Positions 42,512-57,800 of a stretch of DNA of 64,000 nt are shown one piece after another. The notes beneath the pieces are model-generated. The model did not search any database. It worked only from the letters and a program-made list of their open reading frames with translations, and was not told the DNA's origin. The translations under genes were made by a program, and so were the position numbers. Position 1 is the stretch's first letter. Every line of letters begins with the position of its first letter. Source of the stretch: the human T2T-CHM13v2.0 reference genome, Homo sapiens; assembly GCF_009914755.1 (NCBI RefSeq), contig NC_060933.1; one strand, given 5' to 3'.

Positions 42512-45500
42512 GATTCCATTCCATTGAATTCCATTCCATTCCATTCCCCTGGACTCGCGTTGATTCCATTCCATTCCATTCTATTCTATTCCATTCCCTT
42601 CCTTTTCGTTCCATTCCATTCCATTCCATTCCATTCCATTCTATTCAGGTTAATTCCATTCCATTCCATTCCATTCCATTACAATCGAGTTGATTCCATT
42701 CCATTCCATTCCATTCCAGTCTTTTCCATTCCATTCCTCTCGGGTTGATTCCATTCTATTAGTTTCCATTCCATTCCATTCCCTTCTATTCCACTCTGGT
42801 TGATTCCATTCCTTTCCATTCCACTCAAATACATTCCCTCCTATTCCACTCGGAACGATTCCATTCCATTCCATTCCATTCCATTCCATTCCATTCCATT
42901 CCATTCCATTTCGTTCCATTCCATTCTATTCCGTATCATTCCATTCCATTCAATTCCCTTCCATTCCATTCCATTCCATTCCATTTCGTTCCATTCCATT
43001 CTATTCCGTATCATTCCATTCCATTGCATTCCATTCCATTCCATTCCATTCCATTCCATTCCATTCCATTGAACTCGGGTTGATTCCATTCCATTCCATT
43101 CCATTCCATTCCATTCCATTCCATTCCATTCAATTCCATTCCGTTCCATTCCATTCCATTCCATTCGGATTCATTCTATTCAACTCCCTTACTCTCCATT
43201 ACATTCCATTCCATTCGGGTTAATTCCATTCCATTCCATTCCATTCCATTACAATCGAGTTGATTCCATTCCATTCCATTCCATTCCATTCTTTTCCATT
43301 CCATTCCTCTCGGGTTGATTCCATTCTATTAGTTTCCATTCCATTCCATTCCCTTCCATTCCACTCTGGTTGATTCCATTCCTTTCCATTCCACTCGAAT
43401 ACATTCCCTCCTATTCCACTCGGAACGATTCCATTCCATTCCATTCCATTCCATTCCATTCCATTCCATTCCATTCCATTCCATTTCGTTCCATTCCATT
43501 CTATTCCGTATCATTCCATTCCATTCAATTCCCTTCCATTCCATTCCATTCCATTCCATTTCGTTCCATTCCATTCTATTCCGTATCATTCCATTCCATT
43601 CCATTCCATTCCATTCCATTCCATTCCATTCCATTCCATTCCATTCCATTGAACTCGGGTTGATTCCATTCCATTCCATTCCATTCCATTCCATTCAATT
43701 CCATTCCGTTCCATTCCATTCCATTACATTCGGATTCATTCTATTCAACTCCCTTACTCTCCATTACATTCCATTCCATTCGGGTTGTTCCATTCCATTC
43801 CATTCCATTCCACTCCATTCCATTCCACTCCATTCCATTGCACTCGGGTTGATTCCATTCCATTCCATTCCATTCCATTCCATTCCATTCCATTCCGGAA
43901 GATTAAATTCCATTGCATTCCATTCCATTCCATTCCCCTGCACTCGCGTTGATTCCATTCCATTCCATTCTATTCCATTCCATTCCCTTCCTTTTCGTTC
44001 CATTCCATTCCATTCCATTCCTTTCCATTCCATTCCATTCGGGTTAATTCCATTCCATTCCATTCCATTCCATTACAATCGAGTTGATTCCATTCCATTC
44101 CATTCCATTCCAGTCTTTTCCATTCCATTCCTCTCGGGTTGATTCCATTCTATTAGTTTCCATTTCATTCCATTCCCTTCCATTCCACTCTGGTTGATTC
44201 CATTCCTTTCCATTCCACTCGAATACATTCCCTCCTATTCCACTTGGAACGATTCCATTCCATTCCATTCCATTCCATTCCATTCCATTCCATTCCATTT
44301 CGTTCCATTCCATTCTATTCCGTATCATTCCACTCCATTCCATTCCATTCCATTCCATTCCAATCGAGTTGATTCCATTCCATTCCATTCCATTCCATTC
44401 CACTCCATTCCAGTCCTTTCCATTCCATTCCACTCGGGTTGATTCCAATGTATTCCTTTCCATTCCATTCCATTCCATTGCAATCGAGTTGATTCCATTG
44501 CTTTGCATTCCATTCCATTCCATTCCATTCCGGATGATTCCATTCCATTGCATTCCATTCCATTCCATTCCCCTGCACTCGGGTTGATTCCATTCCATTC
44601 CACTCCATTCCGTTCCATTCCATTCCATTCCATTTTATTCGGGTTAATTCCATTCCATTCCATTCCATTCCATTCCATTCCATTCCATTCCATTACAATC
44701 GAGTTGATTCCATTCCATTCCATTCCATTCCAGTCCTTTCCATTCCATTCCACTCGGGTTGATTCCATTCTATTAGTTTCCATTCCATTCCATTCCCTTC
44801 CATTCCACTCTGGTTGATACCATTCCTTTCCATTCCACTCGAATACATTCCCTCCTATTCCACTCGGAACGATTCCATTCCATTCCATTCCATTCCATTC
44901 CATTCCATTCCATTCCATTCCATTTCGTTCCATCCCATTCTATTCCGTATCATTCCATTCCATTCCATTCCATTCCATTCCATTGCATTCCATTCCATTC
45001 CATTGTACTCGGGTTGATTCAATTCCATTGCATTCCATTCCATTCCATTCCATTCCATTCCGTTGCATTCCATTCCATTACATTCGGATTGATTCTATTC
45101 AACTCCCTTACTCTCCATTACATTCCATTCCATTCGGGTTGTTCCATTCCATTCCATTCCATTCCACTCCATTCCATTGCACTCGGGTTGATTCCATTCC
45201 ATTCCATTCCATTCCATTCCATTCCGGATGATTCCATTCTATTGCATTCCTTTCCATTACATTCCCCTGCACTCGCGTTGATTCCATTCCATTCCATTCC
45301 ATTCCATTCAATTCCATTCCATTACAATTCGTTCCATTCCATTCTATTCCGTAGCATTCCATTCCGTTCCATACAATTCCATTCCATTCCATTCCATTCC
45401 ATTCCGTTCCATTCCGTTCCATTGCATGCCATTCCATTCTATTCGGATTAATTCCCTTCCATTCCATTCCATTCTATTCCATTCCATTGCAATCGAGTTG

Positions 45501-45814
45501 AATCCATTGCATTTCATTCCATTCCATTCCATTCCATTCCATTCCGGAAGATTCCATTCCATTGCATTCCATTCCATTCCATTCCCCTGCACTCGCGTTG
45601 ATTCCATTCCATTCCATTCCATTCCATTCCGTTCCGTTCCATTCCATTCCATTCCATTCCATTCCATTCCGTTCCGTTCCATTCCATTCCATTCCATTCT
45701 ATTCGGGTTAATTCCATTCCATTCCATTCGATTGCAATCGAGTTGATTCCATTCCATTCCATTCCATTCCATTCCATTCCATTCCATTCCATTACGGTTG
45801 ATTCCATTCCATTG
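42512..45814. repeat. ~3.29 kb tandem duplication, copy 2
   Basis: Collinear with 39219-42526 at offsets of 3283-3293. It ends after TTACGGTTGATTCCATTCCATTG at 45814. Confidence 0.95.
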
Positions 45815-48800
45815 CATTCCATTCCATTCCATTCCCCTGTACTCGGGTTGATTCCATTCCATTCCATTCCAATCCATGCCTTTCCACTCGTGTTGATTCC
45901 ATTCTTTCCATTCCATTCAAGTTGAATCCATTCCATTGCATTGAATTCCATTCGATTCCATTTGATTGCACTCGGGTTGATTCCATTCCATTGCATTCCA
46001 TTTCATTCCATTCCATTCCATTCCATTCCATTCCATTCCGTTCCATTCCATTCCATTACATTCGGATTGATTCTATTCAATTCCCTTACACTCCATTACA
46101 TTCGATTCGGGTAGTTTCCATTGCATTCCATTCCATTCCTCTCCATTCCATTGCACTCGGGTTGATTCCATTCCATTGCATTCCATTCCATTCCATTCCC
46201 CTGCACTCGCGTTGATTCCATTCCATTCCATTCCATTCCATTCCATTCCGTTCCGTTCCGTTCCATTCCATTCCATTCCATTCCATTCCATTCCTTTCCG
46301 TTCCGTTCCATTCCCTTCCATTCTATTCTATTCGGGTTAATTCCATTTAATTCCATTCGATTGCAATCGAGTTGATTCCATTCCATTCCATTCCATTCCA
46401 TTCCATTCCATTCTATTCCATTCCATTCCATTCCTTTCCATTCCATTACGGATGATTCCATTCCATTGCATTCCATTCCATTCCATTCCCCTGTACTCGG
46501 GTTGATTCCATTCCATTCCATTCCAATCCATGCCATTCCACTCGTGTTGATTCCATTCTTTCCATTCCATTCAAGTTGAATCCATTCCATTCTATTCCAT
46601 TCCATTCGATTCCATTCGATTGCACTCGGGTTGATTCCATTCCATTGCATTCCATTCCATTCCATTCCATTCCAATCCATTCCGTTCCATTCGATTCCAT
46701 TACATTCGGATTGATTCTATTCAATTCCCTTACACTCCATTACATTCCATTCCATTCGGGTAGTTTCCATTCCATTCCATTCCATTCCTCTCCATTCCAT
46801 TGCACTCGGGTTGATTCCATTCCATTGCATTCCATTCCGTTCCATTCAATTCCATTCCGTTCCATTCCATTCCATTACATTCGGATTGATTCGATTCAAC
46901 TCCCTTACTCTCCATTACATTCCATTCCATTCGGGTTGTTCCATTCCATTAAATTCCATTCCACTCCATTCCATTGCACTCGGGTTGATTCCATTCCATT
47001 CCAGTCCATTCCATTCCATTCCATTCCATTCCATTCCATTCCATTCCATTCCATTCCATTCCGGAAGATTCCATTCCATTGCATTCCATTCCATTCCATT
47101 CCCCTGCACTCGCGTTGATTCCATTCCATTCCATTCCATTCCATTCCGTTCCGTTCCGTTCCATTCCATTCCATTCCATTCCATTCCATTCCATTCCATT
47201 CCGTTCCGTTCCGTTCCATTCCATTCCATTCCATTCTATTCGGGTTAATTCCATTCCATTCCATTCGATTGCAATCGAGTTGATTCCATTCCATTCCATT
47301 CCATTCCATTCCATTCCATTCCATTCCTTTCCATTCCATTACGGATGATTCCATTCCATTGCATTCCATTCCATTCCATTCCCCTGCACTCGCGTTGATT
47401 CCATTGCATTCCATTCCATTCCATTCCGTTCCGTTCCGTTCCATTCCATTCCATGCCATTCAATTCCATTCCGTTCCATTCCATTCCATTCCATTCGGAT
47501 TGATTCTATTCAACTCCCTTACTCTCCATTACATTCCATTCCATTCGGGTTGTTCCATTCCATTCCATTCCATTCCACTCCATTCCATTGCACTCGGGTT
47601 GATTCCATTCCATTCCACTCCATTCCATTCCATTCCATTCCGGAAGCTTCCATTCCATTGCATTCCATTCCATTCCATTCCCCTGCACTCGCGTTGATTC
47701 CATTCCATTCCATTCTATTCCATTCCATTCCCTTTCTTTCCGTTCCATTCCATTCCATTCCATTCCATTCCATTCCATTCCATTCCGTTCCGTTCCATTC
47801 CATTGCATTCCATTCCATTCTATTCGGGTTAATTCCATTCCATTCCATTCGATTCCAATCGAGTTGATTCCATTCCATTCCATTCCATTCCATTCCATTC
47901 AATTCCATTCCTTTCCATTCCATTACGGATGATTCCATTCCATTGCATTCCATTCCATTCCATTCCCCTGTACTCGGGTTGATTCCATTCCATTCCATTC
48001 CAATCCATGCGATTCCACTCGTGTTGATTCCATTCTTTCCATTCCATTCAAGTTGAATCCATTCCATTGCATTCTTTTCCATTCGATTCCATTCGATTGC
48101 ACTCGGGTTGATTCCATTCCATTGCATTCCATTCCATTCCAATCCATTCCATTCCGTTGCATTCCATTCCATTACATTCGGATTGATTCTATTCAACTCC
48201 CTTACTCTCCATTCCATTCCATTCCATTCGGGTTGTTCCATTCCATTCCATTCCATTCCACTCCATTCCATTGCACTCGGGTTGATTCCATACCATTCCA
48301 TTCCATTCCATTCCATTCCGGATGATTCCATTCAATTGCATTCCGTTCCATGATATTCCCCTGCACTCGCGTTGATTCCATTCCATTCCATTCCATTCCA
48401 TTCCGTTTCATTCCATTCCATTACATTCGGATTGATTCTATTCAATTCCCTTACACTCCATTACATTCCATTCCATTTGGGTAGTTTCCATTCCATTCCA
48501 TTCCATTCCTCTCCATTCCATTGAACTCGGGTTGATTCCATTCCATTGCATTCCATTCCATTCCATTCCATTCCGTTCCATTCCATTCCATTACATTCGG
48601 ATTGATTCTATTCAACTCCCTTACTCTCCATTACATTCCATTCCATTCGGGTTGTTCCATTCCATTCCATTCCATTCCACTCCATTCCATTGCACTCGGG
48701 TTTATTCCATTCCATTCCATTCCATTCCATTCCATTCCGTTTGATTCCGGAAGATTCTATTCCATTGCATTCCATTCCATTCCATTCCCCTGCACTCGCT

Positions 48801-51800
48801 TTGATTCCATTCCATTCCATTCCATTCCATTTCATTCCATTCCTTTCCGTTCCATTCCATTCCATTCCATTCCATTCCGTTCCGTTCCGTTCCATTCCAT
48901 TCCATTCCATTCTATTCGGGTTAATTCCATTCCATTCCATTCGATTGCAATCGATTTGATTCCATTCCATTCCATTCCATTCCATTCCATTCCATTCCTT
49001 TCCATTCTATTACGGATGATTCCATTCCACTGCATTCCATTCCATTCCATTCCCCTGTACTCGGGATGATTCCATTCCATTCCATTCCAATCCATGCCAT
49101 TCCACTCGTGTTGATTCCATTCTTTCCATTCCATTCAAGTTGAATCCATTCCATTGCATTCCATTCCATTCCATTCCCCTGCAGTCGGGTTGTTTCCATT
49201 CCATTCCATTCCATTCCATTCCATTCCATTCCGTTCCGTTCCATTCCATTCCATTCCATTCTATTCGGGTTAATTCCATTCCATTCCATTCCATTCCATT
49301 CCATTCCATTCCAATCGAGTTGATTCCATTCCATTCCATTCCATTCCATTCCACTCCATTCCAGTCCTTTCCATTCCATTCCACTCGGGTTGATTCCAAT
49401 GTATTCCTTTCCATTCCATTCCATTCCATTGCAATCGAGTTGATTCCATTGCTTTGCATTCCATTCCATTCCATTCCATTCCGGATGATTCCATTCCATT
49501 GCATTCCATTCCATTCCATTCCATTCCATTCCATTGTATTCGGGTTAATTCCATTCCATTCCATTCCATTCTATTCCATTCCATTACAATCGAGTTGATC
49601 CCATTCCATTCCATTCCATTCCAGTCCTTTCCATTCTATTCCACTCGGGTTGATTCCATTCTATTAGTTTCCATTCCATTCCATTCCCTTCCATTCCACT
49701 CTGGTTGATTCCATTCCTTTCCATTCCACTCGAATACATTCCCTTCTATTCCACTCGGAACGATTCCATTCCATTCCATTCCATTCCATTCCATTCCATT
49801 CCATTCCATTTCGTTCCATTCCATTCTATTCCGTATCATTCCATTCCATTCCATTCCATTTCATTCCATTCCATTCCATTCCATTCCATTGTACTCGGGT
49901 TGATTCAATTCCATTGCATTCCATTCCATTCCATTCCATTCCATTCCGTTGCATTCCATTCCATTACATTCGGATTGATTCTATTCAACTCCCTTACTCT
50001 CCATTCCATTCCATTCCATTCGGGTTGTTCCATTCCATTCCATTCCATTCCACTCCATTCCATTGCACTCGGGTTGATTCCATACCATTCCATTCCATTC
50101 CATTCCATTCCGGATGATTCCATTCAATTGCATTCCGTTCCATGACATTCCCCTGCACTCGCGTTGATTCCATTCCATTCCATTCCATTCCATTCCGTTC
50201 CATTCCATTCCATTACATTCGGATTGATTCTTTTCAATTCCCTTACACTCCATTACATTCCATTCCATTCGGGTAGTTTCCATTCCATTCCATTCCATTC
50301 CTCTCCATTCCATTGCACTCGGGTTGATTCCATTCCATTGCATTCCATTCCATTCCATTCAATTCCATTCCGTTCCATTCCATTCCATTACATTCGGATT
50401 GACTCTATTCAACTCCCTTACTCTCCATTACATTCCATTCCATTCGGGTTGTTCCATTCCATTCCATTCCATTCCAATCCATTCCATTGCACTCGGGTTG
50501 ATTCCATTCCATTCCATTCCATTCCATTCCATTCCATTCCATTCCGGAAGATTCCATTCCATTGCATTCCATTCCATTCCATTCCCCTGCACTCGCGTTT
50601 ATTCCATTCCATTCCATTCTATTCCATTCCATTCCCTTCCTTTCCGTTCCTTTCCATTCCATTCCATTCCATTCCATTCCATTCCGTTCCGTTCCATTCC
50701 ATTCCATTCCATTCTATTCGGGTTAATTCCATTCCATTCCATTCCATTGCAATCGAGTTGATTCCATTCCATTCCATTCCATTCCATTCCATTCCTTTCC
50801 ATTCCATTACGGATGATTCCATTCCATTGCATTCCATTCCATTCCATTCCCCTGTACTCGGGTTGATTCCATTCCATTCCATTCCAATCCATGCCATTCC
50901 ACTCGTGTTGATTCAGTTCTTTCCATTCCATTCAAGTTGAATCCATTCCATTGCATTCCATTTCATTCGATTCCATTCGATTGCACTCGGGTTGATTCCA
51001 TTCCATTGCATTCCATTCCATTCTATTCCATTCCATTCCATTCCGTTCCATTCCATTCCATTACATTCGGATTGATTCTATTCAATTCCGTTACACTCCA
51101 TTACATTCCATTCCATTCGGGTAGTTTCCATTCCATTCCATTCCATTCCTCTCCATTCCAAGGAACTCGGGTTGATTCCATTCCATTGCATTCCATTCCA
51201 TTCCATTCAATTCCATTCCGTTCCATTCCATTCCATTACATTCGGATTGATTCTATTCAACTCCCTTACTCTCCATTACATTCCATTCCATTCGGGTTGT
51301 TCCATTCCATTCCATTCCATTCCACTCCATTCCATTGCACTCGGTTTTATTCCATTCCATTCCATTCCATTCCATTCCATTCCGGAAGATTCCATTCCAT
51401 TGCATTCCGTTCCATTCCATTCCCCTGCACTTGCGTTGATTCCATTCCATTCCATTCCATTCCATTCCATTCCATTCCATTCCTTTCCGTTCCATTCCAT
51501 TCCATTCCATTCCATTCCAATCCATTCCATTCCGTTCCGTACCGTTCCATTCCATTCCATTCCATTCTATTCGGGTTAATTCCATTCCATTCCGTTCGAT
51601 TGCAATCGAGTTGATTCCATTCCATTCCATTCCATTCCATTCCATTCCTTTCCATTCCATTACGAATGATTCCATTCCATTGCATTCCATTCCATTCCAT
51701 TCCCCTGTACTCGGGTTGATTCCATTCCATTCCATTCCAATCCATGCCATTCCACTCGTGTTGATTCCATTCTTTCCATCCCATTCAAGTTGAATCCATT

Positions 51801-54800
51801 CCATTGCATTCCATTCCATTCCATTCCCCTGCAGTCGGGTTGTTTCCATTCCATTCCATTCCATTCCATTCCATTCCATTCCATTCCGTTCCATTCCATT
51901 CCGTTCCGTTCCATTCCATTCCATTCCATTCTATTCGGGTTAATTCCATTCCATTCCATTCCATTCCATTCCATTCCATTCCATTCCAATCGAGTTGATT
52001 CCATTCCATTCCATTCCATTCCATTCCACTCCATTCCAGTCCTTTCCAATCCATTCCACTCGGGTTGATTCCAATGTATTCCTTTCCATTCCATTCCATT
52101 CCATTGCAATCGAGTTGATTCCATTGCTTTGCATTCCATTCCATTCCATTCCATTCCAGATGATTCCATTACATTGCATTCCATTCCATTCCATTCCCCT
52201 GCACTCGGGTTGATTCCATTCCATTCCACTCCATTCCGTTCCATTCCATTCCATTCCATTGTATTCGGGTTAATTCCATTCCATTCCATTCCATTCCATT
52301 CCATTCCATTCCATTCCATTACAATCGAGTTGATTCCATTCCATTCCATTCCATTCCAGTCCTTTCCATTCCATTCCACTCGGGTTGATTCCATTCTATT
52401 AGTTTCCATTCCATTCCATTCCCTTCCATTCCACTCTGGTTGATTCCATTCCTTTCCATTCCACTCGAATACATTCCCTCCTATTCCCCTCGGAACGATT
52501 CCATTCCATTCCATTCCATTCCATTCCATTCCATGCCATTTCGTTCCATTCCATTCCATTCCGTATCATTCCATTCCATTCCATTCCATTCCATTCCATT
52601 CCATTCCATTCCATTCCATTCCATTCCATTGTACTCAGGTTGATTCCATTCCATTGCATTCAATTCCATTCCATTCCATTCCATTCCGTTGCATTCCATT
52701 CCATTACATTCGGATTGATTCTATTCAACTCCCTTACTCTCCATTTCATTCCATTCCATTCGGGTTGTTCCATTCATTCCATTCCATTCCACTCCATTCC
52801 ATTGCACTCGGGTTGATTCCATTCCATTCCATTCCATTCCATTCCATTACGGATGATTCCATTCCATTGCATTCCGTTCCATTACATTCCCCTGCACTCG
52901 CGTTGATTCCATTCCATTCCATTCCATTCCATTCCATTCAATTCCATTCCATTACAATTCGTTCCATTCCATTCTATTCCGTAGCATTCCGTTTCATTCC
53001 ATACCATTCCATTCCATTCCATTCCATTCCATTCCATTCCATTCCGTTCCATTCTGTTCCATTCCATTCCATTCCATTCTATTCCGATTAATTCCATTCC
53101 ATTCCTTTCCATTCCATTCTATTCCATTCCATTGCAATCGAGTTGAATCCATTGCATTCCATTCCATTCCATTCCATTCCGGAAGATTCCATTCCATTGC
53201 ATTCCATTACATTCCATTCCCCTGCACTCGCGTTGATTCCATTCCATTCCATTCCATTCCATTCCATTCCGTTCCGTTCCATTCCATTCCATTCCATTCC
53301 ATTCCATTCCATTACGTTCCGTTCCATTCCATTCCATTCCAGTCTATTCGGGTTAATTCCATTCCATTCCATTCGATTGCAATCGTGTTGATTCCATTCC
53401 ATTCCATTCCATTCCATTCCATTCCATTCCATTCCTTTCCATTCCATTACGGATGATTCCATTCCATTGCATTCCATTCCATTCCATTCCCCTGTACTCG
53501 GGTTGATTCCATTCCATTGCATTCCAATCCATGCCCTTCCACTCGTGTTGATTCCATTCTTTCCATTCCATTCAAATTGAATCCATTCCATTGCATTCCA
53601 TTCCATTCGATTCCATTCGATTGCACTCGGGTTGATTCCATTCCATTGCATCCCATTCCTTTCCATTCAATTCCATTCCGTTCCATTCCATTCCATTACA
53701 TTCGGATTGATTCTATTCAACTCCCTTTGTCTCCATTAAATTCCATTCCATTCGGGTTGTTCCATTCCATTCCATTCCATTCCACTCCATTCCATTGCAC
53801 TCGGGTTTATTCCATTCCATTCCATTCCATTCCACTCAATTCCATTCCATTCCGGAAGATTGCATTCCATTGCATTCCATTCCATTCCATTCCCCTGCAC
53901 TCGCCTTGATTCCATTCCATTCCATTCCATTCCATTCCATTCCATTCCATTCCATTCCATTCCTTTCCGTTCCATTCCATTCCATTCCATTCCATTCCGT
54001 TGCGTTCCATTCCATTCCATTACATTCGGATTGATTCTATTCAATTCCCTTACACTCCATTACATTCCATTCCATTCGGGTAGTTTCCATTGCATTCCAT
54101 TCCATTCCTCTCCATTCCATTGCACTCGGGTTGATTCCATTCCATTGCATTCCATTCCATTCCATTCCATTCAATTCCATTCCGTTCCATTCCATTCCAT
54201 TGTACTCGGGTTGATTCCATTCCATTGCATTCCATTCCATTCCATTCCATTCCATTCCGTTGCATTCCATTCCATTACATTCGGATTGATTCTATTCAAC
54301 TCCCTTACTCTCCATTACATTACATTCCATTCGGGTTGCTCCATTCCATTCCATTCCATTCCACTCCATTCCATTGCACTCTGGTTGATTCCATTCCATT
54401 CCATTCCATTCCATTCCATTCCATTCCATTCCGGATGATTCCATTCCATTGCATTCCGTTCCATTACATTCCCCTGCACTCGCGTTGATTCCATTCCATT
54501 CCATTCCATTCCATTCAATTCCATTCCATTACAATTCGTTCCATTCCATTCTATTCCGTACCATTCCATTCCATTCCATACCATTCCATTCCATTCCATT
54601 CCATTCCATTCCATTCCTTTCCGTTCCATTCTGTTCCATTCCATTCCATTCCATTCTATTCGGGTTAATTCCATTCCATTCCATTCCTTTCCATTCCATT
54701 ACGGATGATTCCATTCCATTGCATTCCATTCCATTCCATTCCCCTCTACTCGGGTTGATTCCATTCCATTCCATTCCAATCCATGCCATTCCACTCGTGT

Positions 54801-57800
54801 TGATTCCATTCTTTCCATTCCATTCAAGTTGAATGTATTCCATTGCATTCCATTCCATTCCATTCCCCTGCAGTCGGGTTGATTCCATTCCATTCCATTC
54901 CATTCCATTCCATTCCATTCCATTCCATTCTGTTCCGTTCCGTTCCATTCCGTTCCATTCCATTCTATTCGGGTTAATTCCATTCCATTCCATTCCATTC
55001 CATTCCATTCCAATCGAGTTGATTCCATTCCATTCCATTCCATTCCATTCCATTCCATTCCATTCCAGTCCTTTCCATTCCATTCCACTCGGGTTGATTC
55101 CAATGTATTCCTTTCCATTCCATTCCATTCCATTGCAATCGAGTTGATTCCATTGCTTTGCATTCCATTCCATTCCATTCCATTCCGGATGATTGCATTC
55201 CATTGCATTCCATTCCATTCCATTCCCCTGCACTCGGGTTGATTCCATTCCATTCCACTCCATTCCGTTCCATTCCATTCCATTCCATTGTATTCGGGTT
55301 AATTCCATTCCATTCCATTCCATTCCATTCCATTCCATTCCATTCCATTACAATCGAGTTGATTCCATTCCATTCCATTCCATTCCATTCCAGTCCTTTC
55401 CATTCCATTCCATTCCATTCTATTCGGTTTAATTCCATTCCATTCCATTCCATTCCATTCCATTCTATTCCATTCCATTCCCTTCCTTTCCTTTCCGTTC
55501 CGTTCCATTCCATTCCATTTCACTCTATTCGGTTTAATTCCATTCCATTCCATTCCATTCCATTCTAATCCATTCCATGGCAATCGAGTTGAATGCATTG
55601 CATTGCATTCCATTCCATTCCATTCCATTCCATTCCATTCCGGAAGATTCCATTCCATTGCATTCCATTCCATTCCATTCCATTCCATTCCATTCCATTC
55701 CATTCCATTCCATTCCATTCCATTGTACTCGTGTTGCTTCCATTACATTGCATTCCATTCCATTCCATTCCATTCCATTCCGTTCCATTCCATTCCATTA
55801 CATTCGGATTGATTCTTTTCAACTCCCTTAATCTCCATTACATTCCATTCCATTCGGGTTGTTCCATTCCATTCCATTCCATTCCACTCCATTCCATTGC
55901 ACTCGGGTTGATTCCATTCCATTCCATTCCTTTCCATTCCGGATGATTCCATTACATTGCATTCCGTTTCATTACATTCCCCTGCACTCGGGTTGATTCC
56001 ATTCCATTCCATTCCATTCCATTCGATTCCATTCCATTCCCCTGCACTCGCGTTGATTCCATTCCATTCCATTCCATTCCATTCCATTCCATTCCATTCA
56101 ATTCCATTCCATTCCAGTCCTTTCCATTCCATTCCTCTCTGGTTGATTCCATTCTATTAGATTCCATTCCATTCCGTTCCCTTCCATTCCACTCTGGTTG
56201 ATTCCATTCCTTTCCATTCCACTCGAATTCATTCCCTCCTATTCCACTCGGAACGATTCCATTCCATTCCATTCCATTCTATTCCATTCCATTCCATTCC
56301 ATTCCATTCCTTTCCATTCCAGTCCTTTCCATTCCATTCCACTCGGGTTGATTCCATTCTATTAGTTTCCATTCCATTCCATTCCCTTCCATTCCACTCT
56401 GGTTGATTCCATTCCATTCCATTCCATTCCATTCCATTCCATTCCATTCCATTTTGTTCCATTCCATTCTATTCCGTATCATTCCATTCCATTCCATTCC
56501 ATTCCATTCCATTCCATTCCATTCCACTCGTGTTGATTCCTTTCCTTTCCATTCCATTCGGTTTGAAGGCATTCCATTCCATTCCGTTCCATTCCATTCC
56601 ATTCCATTCCATTCCATTTCATTGTACTCGGGTTGATTCCATTCCATTGCATTCCATTCCATTACATTCCATTCCATTCCGTTGCATTCCATTCCATTAC
56701 ATTCAGATAGATTCTATTCAACTCCCTTACTCTCCATTACATTCCATTCCATTCGGGTTGTTCCATTCCATTCCATTCCATTCCACTCCATTCCATTGCT
56801 CTCGGGTTGATTCCATTCCATTCCATTCCATTCCATTCCATTACGGATGATTCCATTCCATTGCATTCCGTTCCATTACATTCCCCTAAACTCGCGTTGA
56901 TTCCATTCCATTCCATTCCATTCCATTCAATTCCGTTCCATAACAATTCGTTCCATTCCATTCTATTCCATACCATTCCATTCCATTCCATACCATTCCA
57001 TTGCATTCCATTCCATTCCATTCCGTTCCATTCCGTTCCATTCCATTCCATTCCATTCTATTCGGGTTAATTCCATTCCATTCCATTCCATTCCATTCCA
57101 TTCCATTCTATTCCATTCCATTGCAATCGAGTTGAATCCATTGCATTTCATTCCATAACATTCCGTTCCGGAAGATTCCATTCCATTGCATTCCATTCCA
57201 TTCCATTCCCCTGCACTCGCGTTGATTCCATTCCATTCCATTCCATTCCATTCCATTCCATTCCGTTCCGTTCCGTTCCATTCCATTCCATTCCATTCCA
57301 TTCCATTCCGTTCCATTCCATTCCATTCCATTCCATTCTATTCGGGTTAATTCCATTCCATTCCATTCGATTGCAATCGAGTTGATTCCATTCCATTCCA
57401 TTCCATTCCTTTCCATTCCATTCCTTTCCATTCCATTACGGATGATTCCATTCCATTGCATTCCATTCCATTCCATTCCCCTGTACTCGGCTTGATTCCA
57501 TTCCATTCTATTCCAATCCATGCCATTCCACTCGTGTTGATTCCATTCTTTCCATTCCATTCAAGTTGAATCCATTCCATTGCATTCCATTCCATTCGAT
57601 TCCATTCGATTGCACTCGGGTTGATTCCATTCCATTGCATTCCATTCCATTCCATTCCATTCCATTCCATTCCATTCCCTTCCATTCCATTCCATTACAT
57701 TCGGATTGATTCTTTTCAACTCCCTTACTCTCCATTCCATTCCATTCCATTCGGGTTGTTCCATTCCATTCCATTCCATTCCACTCCATTCCATTGCACT

